64,000 bases of DNA from an uncultured archaeon. GTDB lineage: Archaea; Nanobdellota; Nanobdellia; Pacearchaeales; GW2011-AR1. Of this stretch, positions 58,921 through 64,000 are shown piece by piece (the first letter of the stretch is position 1; every line of letters begins with the position of its first letter). The translations under genes were made by a program, and so were the position numbers. The notes beneath the pieces are model-generated. The model was not told where the DNA came from. It was given only the letters and a program-made list of their open reading frames with translations, and searched no databases. Location: NCBI GenBank assembly GCA_902386025.1, contig CABMHR010000001.1, forward strand, positions 177,108 through 241,107, in the 5' to 3' direction.

Positions 58921-59090
58921 GTAATCTCTCTAAAAAATCAGGTGATTTTTTTTCTTTTTTATTCAATTTTTATTTTGTTCGGTTTTTTTAATTTTATATT
59001 TAGTTAATGCTCGTAAATAATTATGAGGTTAAGTGTGTAACAGAAACATTTAAATATTATAACACTTATAATTATTATAATAATTATAAA

Positions 59091-59303
59091 ATGGAAAACA
59101 CAACAATTGCTCTAAGTAAAGAGTTAAAAGAAAAGATAAGCGAATTTGGAAATAAAGGAGAAAGTTTTTCTGACATCTTGCAGAGAATGTACAATAGTGC
59201 TGTTCAAAGACAGCTTAATGACTTTTTGTTTAATGAAAAAGGATTTATTCCCATAGAAGAAGCTATGGCGGAGGCTAAAAAGAAGTGGCCAAAGTCGAGA
59301 TAA
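59091..59303 (+). CDS. Putative antitoxin (RHH-like)
   Basis: TTIALSKELK...GESFSDILQR; overlaps next gene. Confidence 0.75.
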   Translation: MENTTIALSKELKEKISEFGNKGESFSDILQRMYNSAVQRQLNDFLFNEKGFIPIEEAMAEAKKKWPKSR

Positions 59304-59626
59304 GTGAAAAATTAAAAGAAGATATCTATAAAAAATTTAAAGAAGAATCAACTGAAATCTTTAATTTAATTTATTCTTTAAGAGAAAATCCAAAAAAAGG
59401 AAAAGAAGTAGGGCAGGTATCTGGAATACTTATAAAAGAGTTAAGATATAAATCATTCAGATTTTATTTTATTACAAATGGATATCAATTAAGAGTTCTT
59501 GACTTGGCTGAATTGCAGGATTTAGTCATAAGGTTTGTAAGAATGTCAGACAAGAAATCACAGCAGAAAGTAATTGATGAGATAAAGCAGATTTTAAGAA
59601 GTTTTGGGGAGAAAGGATTTAAATGA
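59285..59626 (+). CDS. Putative RelE/ParE-like toxin
   Basis: LRENPKKG...IKELRYKSFRFYF. Confidence 0.65.
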   Translation: MAKVEISEKLKEDIYKKFKEESTEIFNLIYSLRENPKKGKEVGQVSGILIKELRYKSFRFYFITNGYQLRVLDLAELQDLVIRFVRMSDKKSQQKVIDEIKQILRSFGEKGFK

Positions 59627-59799
59627 AATCAATTAAACTGAAACTTCCAAAAAGATTTAACCCAAAAATTGTAATATTCTCGCTAATTGCCCTCGGCTTT
59701 ATTGTTCTAACCTTTTTTGTAAATCCTTATTTTATCATAGGAGCAGTTGTGCTGATGATTCTAAATCGAAGAGAGATAATGGGAAAGAAAGGGAAATAA
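59623..59799 (+). CDS. Small membrane protein (absent from ORF track)
   Basis: ATGA overlap; 58 aa with two TM segments. Confidence 0.6.
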   Translation: MKSIKLKLPKRFNPKIVIFSLIALGFIVLTFFVNPYFIIGAVVLMILNRREIMGKKGK

Positions 59800-59850
59800 A
59801 ATTCCAAAACCTTTAAATTCCCCCTTGCTTTTTATTATAAAGGTGATAAA

Positions 59851-60141
59851 ATGGATGCAACTATTCTTGCAGGGCTTCTTGGAGGAATTGGCGGAGTTAC
59901 ACGCGGATTTGTCGGATTGCTGAAAGCATTATCAATGAGAAGAAGAATTTTATGGGGATATTATGCAATAACTGTTCTTGTTGCTTTAGTCATAGGAGTT
60001 TTTGTGGGAATTATTTTCAACTTCGATGTTCGGCTTTCGCTTCTTGCAGGTTATGCAGGAACAGATATTCTTGAGGGAATTTACAAGAGCTTTTCTGTCC
60101 AGAAAACATATATCGGAAGTGCAAAAGCAAGTAAAAAATAA
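59851..60141 (+). CDS. Small membrane protein
   Basis: AGGTGA SD; GLLGGIGG...LAGYAGTDILE. Confidence 0.7.
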   Translation: MDATILAGLLGGIGGVTRGFVGLLKALSMRRRILWGYYAITVLVALVIGVFVGIIFNFDVRLSLLAGYAGTDILEGIYKSFSVQKTYIGSAKASKK

Positions 60142-60181
60142 TTAGCGAAAAATTTATAAGGGTGTATCAATTGATATAACT

Positions 60182-60478
60182 ATGTTAAAATTAATAAGGG
60201 AACAAAATCCAACAGCAAGATTTCCAAGATTAGATACGGTTATGTTTATAGAAGAATTCATAAAAGAAAATGACGGAGAGTTCAGAAAAAAGCAACTTTG
60301 GGAACATCTTCCTAAAAAGATGATGTATCAAACATTCTCTGTTGTTTTGGACTATCTTATATTATCTGGAAAAGTGTCTGTTGATGCAGAAGGAAAAATT
60401 GGATGGATATTTTATCCTGAAGATGTTGAAAAACTGCTAAAGAGGACTCATTTATTCTGGAAGAGAAATGAAAAGTAA
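60182..60478 (+). CDS. wHTH-like protein, putative antitoxin
   Basis: PRLDTV...LPKKMMYQT..VVLDYL; overlaps RelE-like gene. Confidence 0.65.
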   Translation: MLKLIREQNPTARFPRLDTVMFIEEFIKENDGEFRKKQLWEHLPKKMMYQTFSVVLDYLILSGKVSVDAEGKIGWIFYPEDVEKLLKRTHLFWKRNEK

Positions 60479-60788
60479 TATCACTTTTATTGATAGTAAA
60501 ATAAAGATTGCCTTTGAGAAACTAGAAAGAACTGATTTGGAAAAATATAAATTAATTAAAAGGGCATTTGAAGATTTAGAGAATAATGCTTTCTGTGGGA
60601 TACAAATACCTAAACATTTAATCCCAAAAGAGTATATTAAGAAGTTCAATGTGAAAAATCTATGGAAATATAATTTACCTGGTGCCTGGAGATTGATTTA
60701 TAGTATTGAAGGCAAAAATCTAAATGTCTTCTCTATAATCCTTGAATGGCTTGACCACAAAGAATATGAAAGGAAATTCCATTATTAA
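60468..60788 (+). CDS. RelE-like toxin
   Basis: NLWKYNLPGAWRLIYSI...LDHKEYERKF. Confidence 0.7.
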   Translation: MKSNITFIDSKIKIAFEKLERTDLEKYKLIKRAFEDLENNAFCGIQIPKHLIPKEYIKKFNVKNLWKYNLPGAWRLIYSIEGKNLNVFSIILEWLDHKEYERKFHY

Positions 60789-60796
60789 TACATAAA

Positions 60797-61174
60797 ATGA
60801 CAAACCAGCAATTAGTTGATTTCATAAATGAAGCAAGAAGAAGAGGATTTTCTGACGCGCAGATAAAAGATGCACTTGTCAGGCACTGCTGGCCTGCTGA
60901 AAAAGTTGACTCTGCATTTGAGTTTTTAACTCCCAAATTCAAATCAAAAAATCAGGTTGCAATATTTCTTTCAGATGATTTGCTTGAAATAATAGAAAAG
61001 CGTGCAAAAAAGAATATGCAGACAATATCGGAACAAATTGAGGAAATTCTAAGAAAAAGCTGTGTTAGTTACAAGGGCGGGAAATCCATAAATACAAACC
61101 CAGAAAAGTTAGACGACACCTTGGTGGGTTTGTTCAGCAGGAGAAGAGGCGGTGGGAGAAGGAGAAAGGCGTAA
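60797..61174 (+). CDS. Ribbon-helix-helix domain protein
   Basis: VAIFLSDDLLEIIEKRAKK...ISEQIEEIL. Confidence 0.65.
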   Translation: MTNQQLVDFINEARRRGFSDAQIKDALVRHCWPAEKVDSAFEFLTPKFKSKNQVAIFLSDDLLEIIEKRAKKNMQTISEQIEEILRKSCVSYKGGKSINTNPEKLDDTLVGLFSRRRGGGRRRKA

Positions 61175-61214
61175 AAATGGGAGATTTTTAATATAGAAGC
61201 AAACTCTTGATTAC

Positions 61215-61778
61215 ATGGCTGATTTATCTGAAAAAGAAACAAGAAAGGAATTGATTGATCCTATTTTGGAAAGGACGGGGTGGAAAGTTAAGGGGCATTA
61301 TGTTAAAGAAGAAATTAATCCAGTTAAATCTAATTTTTCAACTAAAGAATATGTCGGGCTTGATGCAGTTATCTCTATGCCTTCGGGAATTTTCAAGCCT
61401 TACGCAGGAGTTTCAACAGCAGTTCTTTATTTCACAAAAGGAGAGCCTACAGAAAAAGTCTGGTTTTACAATATGGAAGCTGACGGGTTTAGTTTAGATG
61501 ATAAGAGAACAGAGCAACCCGATAGAAATGACATTCCTGACATTTTAGAAAGATTTGAAAAAAGAAATAAAGAAGATAACGAAAACAGATTTGAAAAGCA
61601 CTTTTTTGTTCCATTAGAGGAGATTAAAGAAAAGGATTGGGATCTCTCAATTAACAGATACAAAAAGGAGAGAGAAAAGAAAACCAATTACAGAGAAAGC
61701 AAGATTATTATTGAAGAAGCAAAGAAAGAAGTAAAAGAACTTTTGAAAGGATTTGATGAGTTGGAGAAATTAATTTAG
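61215..61778 (+). pseudogene. Type I R-M remnant: HsdR N-terminus fused to HsdM C-terminus
   Basis: SEKETRKELIDPILERTGW (HsdR-like) joined to AVISMPSGIFKPYAGVSTAVL...DGFSLDDKR...DLSINRY (HsdM-like); no SAM-binding or NPPF motif. Confidence 0.78.
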
Positions 61779-61780
61779 CT

Positions 61781-61820
61781 TTTTAGAAATCTATTTCCCT
61801 AAAATAAGCAGTAGAAGATT
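61781..61820 (+). repeat. Direct repeat, left boundary of ThiF cassette
   Basis: TTTTAGAAATCTATTTCCCTAAAATAAGCAGTAGAAGATT; matches 63622-63659 with 1 substitution and a 2-nt indel. Confidence 0.85.
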
Positions 61821-62827
61821 TAAAATTCCCGCCACATAACATTAAAATCCATAAAATCAATTTCTGCGAATCTGTTTATATTCAAATTCCCTTTCCCGAT
61901 TAGATATTTGAAAATTTCCATTATCTGAATATTTGCAATCGCTCCTGCAATTGGTCCGAGATTGCCTGTTTGTTCAATATCTTTTACTTTTTCCAGACTG
62001 CTTAAAGAATCACTTGCTCTTTGAAACTGCAGAAATTCATTAAATGTTTTGCTCTTTCCTGGAACTATAATCGGTCCTACCATCCCAAGATGGAGATTAT
62101 ACCCCCCAGCAACACAATATGAAATATTTTCTCTCACAGCGTATTCATTGATAATCCTGCTGGTTTCCTCAACAGAGGGAGAATCTGCGCAATTAACAAG
62201 AAAATCAGAGCCAGAAACAATTCTTTCCAAATCTTCTTCTTTAGAAACCATTTTTTTAAAATGGAGAATTCTTGCATCAGGTAATCTATCTTTAATCGCG
62301 TCTACTTTATATTTTCCTATATCTCTTGAATCAAAAAATAGTTGTCTGTTAAGATTACTTTCTTCCACAACATCCGGGTCGCTAATTCTTATCTCCCCAA
62401 CACCTAACTGATACAGCCCATTCACAATCCATGTTCCTATTCCCCCAACTCCAAAAACAGAGACTGTTGAATTTCTGATTTTTTTCTGAAGAGAAAGTGT
62501 TTCTTCCCATGAATCACTTAATTCATCAATGAAAGAAATCTGTCTGGAGTATCTTTTTTCTATCTGGGTTTCATCATATCTTCTTGCAATTCCCTCATGT
62601 TCTAAAGCCATTAAACAATTATTTATTTTTTTCCAATTATACTTTCCGCCAAGGTTAGAAAATAACTCTTCTTCTGTTTTCCCCTCTTTTATTTCATTAA
62701 TTATTTCTTTGACTAAAAAATCTACTCCGAATTTTTTAATTTTTCTTGTAGCAGTAAAAATTACCTGATAAATGTCATCTGATTCTTTAAGAATATAAAT
62801 TGAATCCTTGAGCTTCAATTTTTTCAT
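61820..62827 (-). CDS. ThiF/MccB/PaaA-like adenylyltransferase with N-terminal RRE-like domain
   Basis: RYSRQ, GVGGIG, DPDVVEESNLNRQ, CADSP, VGPIIVPG; ~90-aa beta/helix N-terminal extension; start set at MKKLK. Confidence 0.85.
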   Translation of the reverse strand: MKKLKLKDSIYILKESDDIYQVIFTATRKIKKFGVDFLVKEIINEIKEGKTEEELFSNLGGKYNWKKINNCLMALEHEGIARRYDETQIEKRYSRQISFIDELSDSWEETLSLQKKIRNSTVSVFGVGGIGTWIVNGLYQLGVGEIRISDPDVVEESNLNRQLFFDSRDIGKYKVDAIKDRLPDARILHFKKMVSKEEDLERIVSGSDFLVNCADSPSVEETSRIINEYAVRENISYCVAGGYNLHLGMVGPIIVPGKSKTFNEFLQFQRASDSLSSLEKVKDIEQTGNLGPIAGAIANIQIMEIFKYLIGKGNLNINRFAEIDFMDFNVMWREF

Positions 62828-62828
62828 T

Positions 62829-63398
62829 TTACTTTTCTCCCCATGAAATTTTTTCATCTGTTGGTTCAAGAACTAATTCTCCTTTTGAATTAGAAGGATA
62901 AATCATTTTATATCCCTTAAAAGAAGTCCTTAATGGGGAATCTTCCCTTAAGTGCCATGAACCTGTAATAACAATTATTGGTTTTGCAGTTTTCCCAAGA
63001 TATTCTTTAATTGTTTCAACATTTTTTCTTTCTCTTTTATCCAGCAAGGTTTCTATTTCTTTTTGCTCTTCTTCATTTAATTCACTTTGATTTTTAATTT
63101 TCTCCTGCAAGTTTTTATCAAACCCAAAATCTTTGAAATCCATTCCGATAAGGTTTATCTTTTTTTCCATGCATAATTTAATAAGATTTTCAATTTCGCT
63201 TACAGAAGTCATATTGGAAATATCCTTTTTTTCAAGAATTTCAATAAATTTAGCATCTGAATCTAAAATATTATCTTCTAGCATTTCAGATAAAATAAAT
63301 TCAGGATTATACTTTTTAATTACCTCTTCTTGCTTTTCAAAATCTTTAATAAATCCGTGGGTATCACCTAATAAAATTAATTTGGGAGACAGATTCAT
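62829..63398 (-). CDS. ChaN/TraB(Tiki)/EreA-like hydrolase
   Basis: LILLGDTH, ILSEML, LIGMD, RE, IVITGSWH motif order; start set at MNLSP. Confidence 0.65.
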   Translation of the reverse strand: MNLSPKLILLGDTHGFIKDFEKQEEVIKKYNPEFILSEMLEDNILDSDAKFIEILEKKDISNMTSVSEIENLIKLCMEKKINLIGMDFKDFGFDKNLQEKIKNQSELNEEEQKEIETLLDKRERKNVETIKEYLGKTAKPIIVITGSWHLREDSPLRTSFKGYKMIYPSNSKGELVLEPTDEKISWGEK

Positions 63399-63403
63399 CT
63401 GAT

Positions 63404-63553
63404 TTACATCCAATATTTTATGCTTGTTCCGCCATAATGAACTTTTTCAGTCAAAAGAACCAAGCCTTCATAACTTCCTTTTAAATTTTGTTCTTTTTTC
63501 TCTTGTCCAGTTATGAGTTCTGCTTTCTCTAAACTTTTTTCAAGTTTTTCCAT
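63404..63553 (-). CDS. 49-aa putative precursor peptide (absent from ORF track)
   Basis: MEKLEKSLEKAELITGQEKKEQNLKGSYEGLVLLTEKVHYGG-TSIKYWM; TTAAAA box about 25 nt upstream; ends 5 nt before next ATG. Confidence 0.7.
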   Translation of the reverse strand: MEKLEKSLEKAELITGQEKKEQNLKGSYEGLVLLTEKVHYGGTSIKYWM

Positions 63554-63621
63554 AATAAATTATAATATATAGTCCTTTTAAGCATTTCTATATGTTACAA
63601 TTCCAATTATCCCCTAAATTA

Positions 63622-63659
63622 TTTTAGAAATATTTCCCTGAAATAAGCAGTAGAAGATT
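63622..63659 (+). repeat. Direct repeat, right boundary of ThiF cassette
   Basis: TTTTAGAAATATTTCCCTGAAATAAGCAGTAGAAGATT. Confidence 0.85.
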
Positions 63660-63702
63660 ATATCCATCTTTATGATGGATTTTTCCTATTTCTAGAAAAA
63701 CA

Positions 63703-64000
63703 TTAATGAGGCTTTTAGTAGTTGTCTGCTGAAATTCTCGCGTGAGCTTGAATCTTACACAGCAACTCTATCAACGTCTTCTTCTTAGACGGCCTTTGTT
63801 GAGTCGTTTTGCGGATGGCTTCGAGCTTAGATGCATTCAGCTCTTATCCATACAATGCGTAGCTATGCAGCCTGCCATATGACAACTGCTCACCAGAGGC
63901 ATCCGAATCCCGTTCCTTTCGTACTAGAGATTCGTTCCACTCACTCAACGACACACCTAGTAGATATCATACAAACTGTCTCGCGACGTTCTTAACCCAG
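63703..64000 (-). rRNA. rrl: 23S rRNA, 3' end (partial; exact end uncertain)
   Basis: Minus strand CTGGGTTAAGAACGTCGCGAGACAGTT, sarcin-ricin loop AGTACGAAAGGAAC, CTGAATGCATCTAAG. Confidence 0.95.

Noticed and set aside
1133..63402. Numerous short antisense or overlapping ORFs in the track
   Set aside because: They lie opposite or within well-supported genes and have no recognisable motifs.
63404..63553. Microcin C precursor or ubiquitin-like sulfur carrier
   Set aside because: No C-terminal Asn; GG is internal and the peptide is too short for a beta-grasp fold.

Overview
AT-rich chromosomal segment of a DPANN archaeon, most likely Pacearchaeota (pacearchaeosortase-like gene, fused PriS-PriL primase, form III-type RuBisCO, class II LysRS, Methanococcus-type S-layer protein). 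It holds core genes (taw1, aIF5A, ftsZ, secE-spt5-rpl11, rpl37ae-rpoP-pfdB, sepF, PCNA, cbf5, trmY, cysS, r-proteins), tRNA-Pro(TGG), tRNA-Phe(GAA), RNase P RNA, the 3' end of 23S rRNA, a cluster of class III signal peptide (pilin-like) surface genes and several TA pairs. The most striking observations: (1) a 51-bp GC-rich hairpin element inserted in frame five times: at the prepilin cleavage site of three pilin-like genes (tandem in one) and, diverged, in motif I of cbf5; (2) a direct-repeat-flanked three-gene cassette resembling a RiPP system (unannotated 49-aa GG-leader peptide, ChaN/TraB-like hydrolase, MccB/PaaA-like ThiF enzyme) next to 23S rRNA; (3) an Hjc-like nuclease gene split by a NUMOD3/Vsr-type homing endonuclease; (4) a ~70-nt intergenic motif in three copies and several candidate structured RNAs. 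All calls come from manual motif recognition; no searches were run.
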